Shown one piece after another: positions 1 through 11,738 of a stretch of 51,143 nucleotides of DNA. The notes beneath the pieces were generated by a model that saw nothing but the letters and a program-made list of their open reading frames with translations, made no database searches and was not told where the DNA came from. Origin of the DNA: Dimorphilus gyrociliatus (taxonomy: Eukaryota; Animalia; Annelida); contig CAJFCJ010000081.1 in NCBI GenBank assembly GCA_904063045.1, positions 1 through 51,143 of the forward strand. Direction: 5' to 3'. Positions within the stretch are counted from its first letter, which is position 1. The number at the start of each line of letters is the position of its first letter. The position numbers were made by a program, and so were the translations under genes.

Positions 1-978
1 GTCACAGAATGGTGGGTGTTGATAATTTGGCTTTTTTGAAAAATCATCCAATTATTCGTACTTTGGTTAATTTTATACGCTTTCTTGTCTAATATTGAAA
101 GAGTATTGAACAATTAGAAATTAGGCAATCTACTTTAAAAGAAGAGCTTGTATTCAGTTAGGGAAAGTTTAATACACTGCTCAACTTTAAATCAATTCTA
201 ATCGATAATATAAGATATATGAATGAGTCATTTAAAAATATATGCAACGGATTAAGCTGTTCACCGTCGTTTTCTTTGATAAGAATAACCATTTCCGTTG
301 TTATTTAACCGAGGAACAAGGAATATGGCTTGGTGATTTATTACAAAATTGTATAAATCTACAAGAGATTAACTTGAGTGATAATAAAATTTAGGAAAAT
401 CATTTCAAAGAATTTGCATTGCTTTAAAAACTGTACAAACTGGCCTATTAAAGATTGATTTTCTTCTTGTAATCTATCGGAAGAGCATGGCTATTGTCTT
501 GTGATTTATTGATAAATTGTAAAAACTTGGAAAAAATCGATCTAAGTTCAAATTATAAATTAGAAAATGGATTTAAGAATATTTGTAACGGATTAGAGAA
601 TTGTTCTTCTTTACTTGATATTAACTTTTATAATTGTAATCTCTGTGAAAATCAGATAATTTGGTTAAGTAATTTATTAATTAAATGCAAGATATTACAA
701 CATATCGATTTGGGAGGTAATTACAATTTAAAAGAAGGATTTCAGATTGTATGCAACTCTTTAAAATCATCTTCTCTATTGAATATTTCCATGTATAATT
801 GCGATTTAACAGAAGATCAAGGATATTGGTTAGGAGAATTATTAATTGAATGTTCAACCTTACAAGATATTCAATTGCATCATAATGAAAATTTATTAAT
901 GGATTAAAGAGATTAGGAGATAAATTACATTCTTTACCTTCATCTTTGTTAAAAATGTTACCTAATGAAGCTGACTAA
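1..978 (+). pseudogene. Frameshifted, 5'-truncated copy of the RNI-like LRR gene at 7844-9052
   Basis: Same sequence as 8061-9052 but with several 1-bp deletions that break the ORF; these may be sequencing errors. Confidence 0.85.
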
Positions 979-1209
979 TCGAAAAGAAATCTATTTATTA
1001 GCTTATTAGCAACAAAATGCCTTCTTATTATACAGAATGCTTTCTCTCTCTGATATTGTCTTGTCTTATTATTAAATCATCAAATGTTTTTAAAAATTTC
1101 TACTAAGTTTAATTAATTTTTTCTACATTAATTTATTAAAAAAATCTATTATTCCTTGTAATAAACAGTCTTTTTATCTGGCATTTCAAAGTGTTCATTC
1201 AATATTCAG

Positions 1210-2520
1210 ATGTCCAATTGATTCTGAATCATCATCTGAAAACCTATTGATAGTACTTTTTGAAGATCCGAATAATTGTGCTAACTACCACCAATGCATT
1301 AATGGAACTTCATATCCGCAAACTTGTCCACCTGGTCTTCGCTTTAAATTTTCTATTGAAGTATGCAGTTACGTTACCTGCGTTCCTCCAAACATTGGGA
1401 TGTAGGTTGAAATCGTCTGTAGTTCTTTCGAAAGAGGAATAAGACGAAGAATAAGAAGAGAATAAATGCGGAAATGTGGATAGAGTTAATTCTTTTCGAT
1501 GCTATGATAATATTGACGAATGTTCTTATCATTGCTTCAACGTGTTTCTTGGCCTCAGCGTAGTCCTACTGGCTACTATTTCGCTCCACAAATTAGCGTT
1601 TAAGCCTGTAATATTAGGATGTGTGTTCCATTTATCGAAGCTAATTGTCCAATTCCAGGAGGATGGTCAGAAAGGTCGGAATAGTCGGAATGCGATACTC
1701 CATATGGTATTCGATCTAGAACCAGACAATGCAATAATCTAACTCTGTCTAATGGCGGTGTAGGCTGTCCAGGTAGTTCAAATGCGAAATAATACCCTGC
1801 ACAAGTCCAGCGTTTATGTATCATTACCTCGACCAGAAAGTGTTAATAGTGGAAGGATGAATTGGACATCAATAGATATCAATAGAAAACAATTATTTAA
1901 CGAATTGGATAATAGTCTTCATATTAAAACATCAGGAATGTATTACTTTTCAATAACGGGTTCAATGGAAGTTCAAGATTATACCCTGTTAACCCTTGAG
2001 AACGTTGGAAGGAGGATAGGCCTGCAGAAATATCAGAGTAACACCACAATTAATTCAGTAACTAGAGGAGGATTATTCGCATTAAGTAGTTTACATAAAC
2101 CGAATATAGTTCAAAGATTTCGAGGTTCAAACTTAATCAGAAGTGAAACTGGAAAAGAAACTTTATGGTTAAGTTTTTACTACGAAAGCGATAGCTGTCT
2201 GTTTGTCGCTCGTGATAATCCAGGGAAGGTGGATATTTTTCATTAATTATGGAATAGGCGTCTACAATACAAACAGAACTAAAGTTTCCTTTTCACAAAA
2301 TGGTTATATTAGAAAATTGTATAGCCGAGAGTACATTTCCCTTCGAAGAGATGTAGGATTACCATACACAGATTCCAGTCTACAAATATATTTAGCAGCT
2401 TTTAAATTAAATGAAACTTTACCAGTTTTCTCAATTCGTCGAAATATCTTTGCTTGTTCCACATATTTCTCAAGTATAATCTTTAGGGATAAGGTTATCA
2501 TTGACACATGGTCCAGTTGA
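1210..2520 (+). pseudogene. Chitin-binding (peritrophin-A) x2 - TSP1 - C1q-like pseudogene, copy A
   Basis: Same as 9285-10599, including the in-frame stops. Confidence 0.7.
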
Positions 2521-2702
2521 AATAATTATACTAGTATATACAGAGCGCCACTCAGCGGCACATCTCTTTCAAGCGGCTTACTACTAATTCGGTTCTATGT
2601 AAATCAGTATTTACCTACAACTCCACACCTCTAGAAAAGTCTTAACAAAGAGCAACTTTTCAATTTGTACGCAATTTTAAAGGAAAAGGAATTGAATTGG
2701 GC

Positions 2703-2791
2703 AATGAGAAAAGAAAACCTGCTGTTTAATTTCTTAGTGATAAAGTTGCCATTGAATTAAGAAATTAAACAGCAGGTTTTCTTTTCTCATT
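2703..2791. repeat. Perfect 34-bp inverted repeat with 21-nt spacer (foldback/MITE remnant), copy A
   Basis: aatgagaaaagaaaacctgctgtttaatttctta (2703-2736) is the exact reverse complement of 2758-2791. Confidence 0.9.
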
Positions 2792-3658
2792 CAAAGAAAA
2801 CTATTTTTGAATTACTCTGAATTTCTTCACTTAATAAATATTTTTTTTCCAATATCTCCAATAAGACCACTGAACTCATAGTGAAATATGTCAACGTTCT
2901 TAGAATAGACATTGAGATAAGAGCCAAAATATTCCTTAAATTCTCTTTTAACAACTATAATTAATTTAAAATGTTTAGATGTTGTTGCAATGGGAATAAG
3001 ATCATTTGTTATTTTAATATTAACAAATTTAAATTTGCATTCTACAAAATCAGTTTAATTGAACTTTTGATTATTGAAAAACTTTAATTAAGCCATCTTT
3101 GTATTGAAGATGATGAACAAAATTGTGGTAAATGTTTCAAGCTAGAAACTAAACAATTTAACAGTAGTAAAAGTAGTCACAGAATCATCTACCGGAAATG
3201 GGTGTGATTCAAATGATTAACTATCATTGTACAATGGTTGTTTGTAGTTTGTACTACTTTTTTTATACTTTTGCAATTAATTAGGCCTATAAATTTTTCA
3301 TTAAGAATACCTCTTTAACATTTGCGCTGTTTTTTATCCATCAACCAATTATAAGAATTTGGACAGCTGATTTTCTAAGCAGGTAAGTAATTGAGCTTTG
3401 TTAATATTTGTATTGTGAAGAGGTAAATTTAGGGCTGTTCTGTGCACACCCTTCATCATTTTAAACTTGCCACTCTCCAATTAAACATAAACACAATGCT
3501 TTCTACTTTTATCTCTAAACTTTAATTGCTAATTAGTTTTTGTTTGTCTGAATATTAAACAGTATATAAAGTCATGTTTAGCAAGTATTCATCAAAACTT
3601 GCTTCTTGCTTACTTCTCCTCCTCCTCCTCCTCCTTCTCCTATTCCTCTGAGATAACC

Positions 3659-4702
3659 ATGAATAATTCTACATTCTTTTATCCAATGTATCCTGTCATT
3701 CCGGATACTTTGAATTGGTTTATAGGTGCAAAAGTCATTTCAACGTTGTGTTTTCTTACCGGTATATTTGGTAATGTTGTAAGTTTTATTATATTTGGAA
3801 AGAGTGGTATGAGCGAAACTACTACGTCAATCTATCTTCGTTGTTTGGCAATTGCAGATATTGCAGTTCTATTATGTTGGTTTGGTTTAAATATGTTTTT
3901 TACAGTTGAACTAAGAGTTCTTTCCGATCAGCTAATTTTATATTTATCTTGTATGGCTAGGCATACTGTGAGCAAAATGTCTCAGCAGATTAGTTCATTA
4001 ATACTGTGCGCAATGACGGTTGACAGAAGTCTGTTCATCCTTTTTCCAACAAAGGCAAAAGCCTTAGCCTCAAAGAAACGAGCGCTGTTTGTAGTTGGAG
4101 CAATAACTGTCATGTCAATAATAGGCTACTCAATATATTTCCTAATTTATGGCAATCTATTGATTGTTGCTAATCCAAAAAAGAGAGAAACTGGAATATT
4201 TGTTTGTCTTGTTCGGGATGAAAAGTGGGAAACTTATGCCAATGATATTTCTCCAACAATTGATATTATGTTTTTGTACTATATCCCTGGAATTATTCTC
4301 CTTATAACAAATATTCTAATATTAAGAGCGTTAATAAATGCTGGTAGAAACAGGAAGAAACTTACAACAACTAGTCAAGATAACAAGGGTCGAAATTCAT
4401 CAATTATTCTTCTCATTATTTCAACATATTTCATTCTATGTTCAATACCAAATGCAATATTATTTATATATTTAACAAGATACGTCATAGTTCCAACTCC
4501 GAATGACATTGCTTTCTTAAAAAAGGCTGGTCTTGTAACAGAACTTATAGTTAAATCGAATAGTGGTCTTAATTTCTGTTTTTACTGTATAAGTGGCAAT
4601 AGATTCAGGAAAGAATTCGTAGCAATGTTTTGCGGGAGAAAATCCAACAGCAGGAATTCAAATACATCTTCGAAATCCAAAACTATATCTTCCGTCAAGT
4701 AA
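3659..4702 (+). CDS. Intronless rhodopsin-class (class A) peptide GPCR, FMRFamide/TRH-receptor-like orphan, copy A
   Basis: ATG at 3659 (MNNSTF, N-glycosylation sequon); 7 TM with GN (TM1), LAxAD (TM2), DRS (TM3), and NSGLNFCFYCISGNRFR (TM7/helix 8). Confidence 0.9.
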   Translation: MNNSTFFYPMYPVIPDTLNWFIGAKVISTLCFLTGIFGNVVSFIIFGKSGMSETTTSIYLRCLAIADIAVLLCWFGLNMFFTVELRVLSDQLILYLSCMARHTVSKMSQQISSLILCAMTVDRSLFILFPTKAKALASKKRALFVVGAITVMSIIGYSIYFLIYGNLLIVANPKKRETGIFVCLVRDEKWETYANDISPTIDIMFLYYIPGIILLITNILILRALINAGRNRKKLTTTSQDNKGRNSSIILLIISTYFILCSIPNAILFIYLTRYVIVPTPNDIAFLKKAGLVTELIVKSNSGLNFCFYCISGNRFRKEFVAMFCGRKSNSRNSNTSSKSKTISSVK

Positions 4703-5189
4703 CACTTTCAGATTTCATCTACCACAGATTTTTTGTTCAAAATGACAATTGAATGAAAATTTTAGGTCCATTTATGATTGTTTTTATGACAATTAACTCA
4801 AATATTTCCCATCACCCAGCACTTGTAAACTTTTATCAATTATTGGTGTTTTTTTTCTTCAGTTAATAAATAAGTCAAAGTATTGAAAATTAACTGTTTT
4901 TTTTCTTGAAATGGCCAGATCTAGATTTGGCAAATTGAGTAAGAACTTCTATATGCAATAAAATAAAGAATTGCAACAATATGATCCATTAACAACCGTA
5001 ATTTAGTAATAATCGTTAATAAATTTTAGTTGACTATGGTTGCAAGAACACTATAACCAAAAAAGTGTGGCTATATTTAATATACAGTATACTATATAGG
5101 TCAGTTGGTTGTTTCACTAAAATTGAACAGCATTTGCAGATCTTTTGTTATCAAACAGCAAGAGTAACAAGTCTTCAAGAAAGTACTTT

Positions 5190-5930
5190 TTGAATAAGGA
5201 ATCATTAAAATGTTCCATTTGTTTTGAACTAAGAATTTGAAAAGACCCTAGAGTGCTACCGTGCCAACATGTGTTTTGTCTACAATGTTTAAATGGTTTA
5301 AGAGTTGAGAACTTTCAAATTCATTGCCCTGTCTGTAGAGAAGAAGGCAGGCTTCCTAATAGTGGATGTGCAGGTCCAAGAAAATGTTTCATTTCGACTT
5401 CTTGCCAAGAAATGTCTCCCCCCGAAAATACATGCGAAAAGATAAAGAATTTTCAGTATATTGTGAAACACATAATCTTGAAAGTCTATGTTCTAGCTGC
5501 TGGGAGGAAAATCACTTGACATGTGAAATTTGGCCTCTTGAAAAGCAAATTAAGAGAAAAGCAAAGCTAAAATCCTACTCACAAGAGGAAGATAGAGATT
5601 TTTTTAAAAAACTGAATAAAGTAAATGGTGAATTTATAGAAAATATTAAGAGAGACTTTCAAAATCGAAAATATATTTATTAAACTAACAAAAGAACAGC
5701 AAGAGAAACTTTCGACTATTTTAGAAAGAGAAAATTTAGACAATGATTTTATTACAACAAATAAATGAACTATCAAAAGAAAAGCCAACATTAGAAATCT
5801 TGAATGAAGTAATAATTAATTACAAAATAAATACTACTGATTTGAATAAATTTTCAGTATTGATTGACCAATCAGTAGACTTTTCACAATTCTTATTTAA
5901 AAGATTAAAGAATTTGTCGAATGTTCTATT
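5190..5930 (+). pseudogene. TRIM-like (RING - B-box - coiled coil) pseudogene, copy A
   Basis: CSICFELRI*KDPRVLPCQHVFCLQC...CPVCR RING with a stop, a frameshift into the B-box (CEK/DKEFSVYCETH...CSSC...H), then further frameshifts. Confidence 0.8.
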
Positions 5931-6223
5931 TTTGAGATTATTCATATTTCCAGCCTTTTCTATTATCATTCCGTGCTACTACTGCAATACTTTGCAGTAT
6001 ATATCACTTTACAAAACAAAAGCTAATTATCATACTGGCAACATTCTCAATTGCTTTATATATTTATATTTCTTAATTAGTTTCACTAAAGAATAATTTG
6101 ACATTCAAATCGGATGGAAGATTAACATGATTAAATGAAAAATTGAACAGGATTGTTCATAAATGATTATATTAATTATTTTCAAAAACATTCCTTTAAC
6201 TTTATAAACATTCTAAAGAGGAA

Positions 6224-7303
6224 ATGAAACTTTTCATTCTTTTAAATTTATTTTGCAGTACATTCTCTTCTATTCGAATTAAATATCAAGATATTTTGAC
6301 AGCAATCAATTGAATTATAGTCTACAAACAATTCATTCAGATTCAATAAAATCATACGGAATGTTAAAGGTCTACAGCAAAATTTTGCAGAATGAATATT
6401 TCGTTGTCTATTATCAATTAAATGTTGAAGATAGGAATAATTTTTGCAAAATGATGAATTTTGATGGATTGCATTCTGTAGTAAGACCATGCGATAAAAA
6501 TTCTGGTTAGATATACTGTATTACAGATTTTGCGATGAATTAACTATTATGGTACTTTGTTTTTTGATGATTCAGCAAAATACAATACAAACTCGACGGA
6601 CAACGCTCTTAGTTTTGGAGAAAAAAACAATTGTAAATAAAAAATTATTAAAGGAAGAAAATTTGTTTTCTTTATTTTTTTTCATCTAGTTCCGGTTTGG
6701 AAACTTGCCAAAACTATCATTCTTTTCTTTGTTTAACCTGCTTTAAAAAGGAATCTCAATGTTTGTTGTTACACTGTGACTCTTCAATTCCTTTTTAGTG
6801 ATTTTTATCCAATAAGATCTCATCGCCTTGACAACCTACCATAGCATTTTTCAACTGTACAAGAAATCTACCAACAACACTCTATATAGAGTTATAACAA
6901 AAATAAAAGATATGAAATACTTTTGTGATAAAGGTGAATATTTTATGAGAAGAAGAAAATCTTGTAAGTTTTTTTTTGGCAGTTTGCCAAATTATTGAAA
7001 ATTTAATAAATATTCATCCTTTTTTCTAGTAAGAATCTCTGATAAGGTTGAAATTGGATTGGATTATAATCAATCCAACGCGTTTTACTCTCACGACAAT
7101 ACTAGTGATTATAGAGGAATAAAATGTAGCTTTTTGGATATACGAGGCGTGTAGTTTGCTTGAATAATCAATCAACCAATTATCGTTCATTTACTATACA
7201 GATGTTAAAAGGACTTTGGCTAATGATTTTTATATATCATTCTTTGGTTATAGTCTTGAAAAAAAGTTCTTGAATACAGAGAGGATACTCTTCTACTATG
7301 AGT
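6224..7303 (+). pseudogene. Duplicated 5' part of the lectin-LDLa-LRR-GPCR locus, truncated at the duplication breakpoint
   Basis: Matches 14305-15386 (signal peptide MKLFILLNLFCSTFS) and ends at 7303. Confidence 0.7.
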
Positions 7304-7460
7304 AGCATTCAACTTACCAAGTGCGGAAAGTGTGGACGAACTAACAGTCTATATCGATATTAACGGATTGCAAAAATCTAGAATATTTTATTCAAGCAAT
7401 CCAGCTAATAACTATTCAGGCTACGCTTCCGGTGCAGTAATGATACAATTATCTAAGTAA
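7304..7460 (+). other. Orphan C1q-like coding fragment at the duplication junction
   Basis: Reads AFNLPSAESVDELTVYIDINGLQKSRIFYSSNPANNYSGYASGAVMIQLSK, a C1q beta-strand pattern; absent from copy B; followed by N at 7476. Confidence 0.45.
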
Positions 7461-7475
7461 TTATAATGTAATATT

Positions 7476-7476
7476 N
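7476..7476. other. Single N: scaffold join or ambiguous base
   Basis: atattntaag at 7471-7480. Confidence 0.85.
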
Positions 7477-7843
7477 TAAGTCATTAAATGTAAAATTTCA
7501 ATTGAGAAATATAATTGAAAAGCAGGAAGATAATTTTGAAAAAGATATCTTTTCTTTTGGTGTTTTAATCAAACAAATTTTTTATAGACTATCTTTGTAA
7601 TGAATAAATGATATATATTCATATTTTCTCCAATGTTTGTTTTTGTTAATGATTATAGAATATAATTTGGTGTGTATATCAGCAGTCTCACTAACTTTTA
7701 GCAGAGGTTAGACTAGGCCATAGATCAAGCTTAAAGTGTCAAGGTCAATAACAAGAAAAATCGAAAAACGTTCCATATTATTGCAGTGTCCAGTTTAATA
7801 TTTTATTTGTTTTCTTATATTTTCAGTACCATTTGCAGAGAAA

Positions 7844-9052
7844 ATGTGTGTAATTTCTCTACAAGACATTCTATTAAAATTTATTAGTAATAATCTACGA
7901 TTAATTTGTGATATTTGTCGAAAACATTCGAATATACTTCCAGGTTATATCAGTGAGAAAATTTTAATATACTGCTGTACTAAGATATTTCCATTTTCAA
8001 GAGAAAATCTGGAATTATTTTCACCTAAAATCCTACCTTTATATAATATCTCTCTCAATGGTCACAGAATGGTGGGTGTTGATAATTTGGCTTTTTTGAA
8101 AAATCATCCAATTAATTCGTTATCTTTGGTTAATTTTTATACGCTTTCTTGTCTATATTTTGAAAAGAGTATTGAACAATTAGAAATTAGGCAATCTACT
8201 TTAAAAGAAGAGGCTTGTATTCAGTTAGGGGAAAGTTTAATACACTGCTCAACTTTGAAATCAATTCTAATCGATAATATAAGATATATGAATGAGTCAT
8301 TTAAAAATATATGCAACGGATTAAGCTGTTCACCGTCGTCTTCTTTGATAAGAATAACCATTTCCGGTTGTTATTTAACCGAGGAACAAGGAATATGGCT
8401 TGGTGATTTATTACAAAATTGTATAAATCTACAAGAGATTAACTTGAGTGATAATAAAAGTTTAGGAAAATCATTTCAAAGAATTTGCATTGCTTTAAAA
8501 ACTGTACAAACTGGCCTATTAAAGATTGATTTTTCTTCTTGTAATCTATCGGAAGAGCATGGCTATTGTCTTGGTGATTTATTGATAAATTGTAAAAACT
8601 TGGAAAAAATCGATCTAAGTTCAAATTATAAATTAGAAAATGGATTTAAGAATATTTGTAACGGATTAGAGAATTGTTCTTCTTTACTTGATATTAACTT
8701 TTATAATTGTAATCTCTGTGAAAATCAGATAATTTGGTTAAGTAATTTATTAATTAAATGCAAGATATTACAACATATCGATTTGGGAGGTAATTACAAT
8801 TTAAAAGAAGGATTTCAGATTGTATGCAACTCTTTAAAATCATCTTCTCTATTGAATATTTCCATGTATAATTGCGATTTAACAGAAGATCAAGGATATT
8901 GGTTAGGAGAATTATTAATTGAATGTTCAACCTTACAAGATATTCAATTGCATCATAATGAAAATTTTATTAATGGATTAAAGAGATTAGGAGATAAATT
9001 ACATTCTTTACCTTCATCTTTGTTAAAAATGTTACCTAATGAAGCTGACTAA
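7844..9052 (+). CDS. RNI-like LRR protein with ZYG11/ZER1-like (VHL-box) N-terminus
   Basis: Intact 402-aa ORF. N-terminus SLQDILLKFISNNL...LPGYISEKIL resembles the ZYG11B N-terminus. About 8 repeats of ~28 aa (LxxIxLSxN...FxxICxGL...LLxIxFxxCxL). Confidence 0.85.
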   Translation: MCVISLQDILLKFISNNLRLICDICRKHSNILPGYISEKILIYCCTKIFPFSRENLELFSPKILPLYNISLNGHRMVGVDNLAFLKNHPINSLSLVNFYTLSCLYFEKSIEQLEIRQSTLKEEACIQLGESLIHCSTLKSILIDNIRYMNESFKNICNGLSCSPSSSLIRITISGCYLTEEQGIWLGDLLQNCINLQEINLSDNKSLGKSFQRICIALKTVQTGLLKIDFSSCNLSEEHGYCLGDLLINCKNLEKIDLSSNYKLENGFKNICNGLENCSSLLDINFYNCNLCENQIIWLSNLLIKCKILQHIDLGGNYNLKEGFQIVCNSLKSSSLLNISMYNCDLTEDQGYWLGELLIECSTLQDIQLHHNENFINGLKRLGDKLHSLPSSLLKMLPNEAD

Positions 9053-9284
9053 TCGAAAAGAAATCTATTTATTAGCTTATTAGCAACAAAATGCCTTCTT
9101 ATTATACAGAATGCTTTCTCTCTCTGATATTGTCTTGTCTTATTATTAAATCATCAAATGTTTTTAAAAATTTCTACTAAGTTTAATTAATTTTTTCTAC
9201 ATTAATTTATTAAAAAAATCTATTATTCCTTGTAATAAACAGTCTTTTTTATCTGGCATTTCAAAGTGTTCATTCAATATTCAG

Positions 9285-10599
9285 ATGTCCAATTGATTCT
9301 GAATCATCATCTGAAAACCTATTGATAGTACTTTTTGAAGATCCGAATAATTGTGCTAACTACCACCAATGCATTAATGGAACTTCATATCCGCAAACTT
9401 GTCCACCTGGTCTTCGCTTTAAATTTTCTATTGAAGTATGCAGTTACGTTACCTGCGTTCCTCCAAACATGTTGGGATGTAGGTTGAAATCGTCTGTAGT
9501 TCTTTCGAAAGAGGAATAAGACGAAGAATAAGAAGAGAATAAATGCGGAAATGTGGATAGAGTTAATTCTTTTCGATGCTATGATAATATTGACGAATGT
9601 TCTTATCATTGCTTCAACGGTGTTTCTTGGCCTCAGCGTAGTCCTACTGGCTACTATTTCGCTCCACAAATTAGCGTTTAAGCCTGTAATATTAGGATGT
9701 GTGTTCCATTTATCGAAGCTAATTGTCCAATTCCAGGAGGATGGTCAGAAAGGTCGGAATAGTCGGAATGCGATACTCCATATGGTATTCGATCTAGAAC
9801 CAGACAATGCAATAATCTAACTCTGTCTAATGGCGGTGTAGGCTGTCCAGGTAGTTCAAATGCGAAATAATACCCTGCACAAGTCCAGCGTTTATGGTAT
9901 CATTACCTCGACCAGAAAGTGTTAATAGTGGAAGGATGAATTGGACATCAATAGATATCAATAGAAAACAATTATTTAACGAATTGGATAATAGTCTTCA
10001 TATTAAAACATCAGGAATGTATTACTTTTCAATAACGGGTTCAATGGAAGTTCAAGATTATACCCTGTTAACCCTTGAGAACGTTGGAAGGAGGATAGGC
10101 CTGCAGAAATATCAGAGTAACACCACAATTAATTCAGTAACTAGAGGAGGATTATTCGCATTAAGTAGTTTACATAAACCGAATATAGTTCAAAGATTTC
10201 GAGGTTCAAACTTAATCAGAAGTGAAACTGGAAAAGAAACTTTATGGTTAAGTTTTTACTACGAAAGCGATAGCTGTCTGTTTGTCGCTCGTGATAATCC
10301 AGGGAAGGTGGATATTTTTCATTAATTATGGAATAGGCGTCTACAATACAAACAGAACTAAAGTTTCCTTTTCACAAAATGGTTATATTAGAAAATTGTA
10401 TAGCCGAGAGTACATTTCCCTTCGAAGAGATGTAGGATTACCATACACAGATTCCAGTCTACAAATATATTTAGCAGCTTTTAAATTAAATGAAACTTTA
10501 CCAGTTTTCTCAATTCGTCGAAATATCTTTGCTTGTTCCACATATTTCTCAAGTATAATCTTTAGGGATAAGGTTATCATTGACACATGGTCCAGTTGA
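9285..10599 (+). pseudogene. Chitin-binding (CBM14/peritrophin-A) x2 - TSP1 - tandem C1q-like pseudogene, copy B
   Basis: FEDPNNCANYHQCINGTSYPQTCPPGLRF (CBM14). In a frame not listed in the ORF track, a second CBM14 with TAA at 9679 and a TSP1 motif GGWSERSE*SECDTPYGIRSRTRQCNN...NGGVGCPG (TAG 9760). Then C1q-like SGMYYFSITG...TRGGLFAL, with a frameshift near 10310. Confidence 0.75.
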
Positions 10600-10781
10600 A
10601 ATAATTATACTAGTATATACAGAGCGCCACTCAGCGGCACATCTCTTTCAAGCGGCTTACTACTAATTCGGTTCTATGTAAATCAGTATTTACCTACAAC
10701 TCCACACCTCTAGAAAAGTCTTAACAAAGAGCAACTTTTCAATTTGTACGCAATTTTAAAGGAAAAGGAATTGAATTGGGC

Positions 10782-10870
10782 AATGAGAAAAGAAAACCTG
10801 CTGTTTAATTTCTTAGTGATAAAGTTGCCATTGAATTAAGAAATTAAACAGCAGGTTTTCTTTTCTCATT
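10782..10870. repeat. 34-bp perfect inverted repeat, copy B
   Basis: Same hairpin as 2703-2791. Confidence 0.9.
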
Positions 10871-11738
10871 CAAAGAAAACTATTTTTGAATTACTCTGAA
10901 TTTCTTCACTTAATAAATATTTTTTTTCCAATATCTCCAATAAGACCACTGAACTCATAGTGAAATATGTCAACGTTCTTAGAATAGACATTGAGATAAG
11001 AGCCAAAATATTCCTTAAATTCTCTTTTAACAACTATAATTAATTTAAAATGTTTAGATGTTGTTGCAATGGGAATAAGATCATTTGTTATTTTAATATT
11101 AACAAATTTAAATTTGCATTCTACAAAATCAGTTTAATTGAACTTTTGATTATTGAAAAACTTTAATTAAGCCATCTTTGTATTGAAGATGATGAACAAA
11201 ATTGTGGTAAATGTTTCAAGCTAGAAACTAAACAATTTAACAGTAGTAAAAGTAGTCACAGAATCATCTACCGGAAATGGGTGTGATTCAAATGATTAAC
11301 TATCATTGTACAATGGTTGTTTGTAGTTTGTACTACTTTTTTTATACTTTTGCAATTAATTAGGCCTATAAATTTTTCATTAAGAATACCTCTTTAACAT
11401 TTGCGCTGTTTTTTATCCATCAACCAATTATAAGAATTTGGACAGCTGATTTTCTAAGCAGGTAAGTAATTGAGCTTTGTTAATATTTGTATTGTGAAGA
11501 GGTAAATTTAGGGCTGTTCTGTGCACACCCTTCATCATTTTAAACTTGCCACTCTCCAATTAAACATAAACACAATGCTTTCTACTTTTATCTCTAAACT
11601 TTAATTGCTAATTAGTTTTTGTTTGTCTGAATATTAAACAGTATATAAAGTCATGTTTAGCAAGTATTCATCAAAACTTGCTTCTTGCTTACTTCTCCTC
11701 CTCCTCCTCCTCCTTCTCCTATTCCCTCTGAGATAACC

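Larger units (their letters stand above)
1..7303 (+). repeat. Segmental duplicate copy A (of 8061-15386); possibly uncollapsed haplotype/contig
   Basis: Position 1 (gtcacagaatggtggg) matches 8061. Identity runs to ...ctactatgagt (7303 = 15386). Differences are mostly 1-bp deletions in copy A. Confidence 0.97.

Noticed and set aside
3617-3634. Ser/Pro-rich N-terminal extensions of the GPCR in the ORF track
   Set aside because: They come from a (CCT)n microsatellite upstream of the real ATG and differ in frame between the two copies.
9551-9820. ORFs 9551-9820, 1476-1742, 1600-1824 and 9385-9669 as proteins
   Set aside because: Off-frame or antisense shadows of the stop-interrupted CBM14/TSP1 frame.
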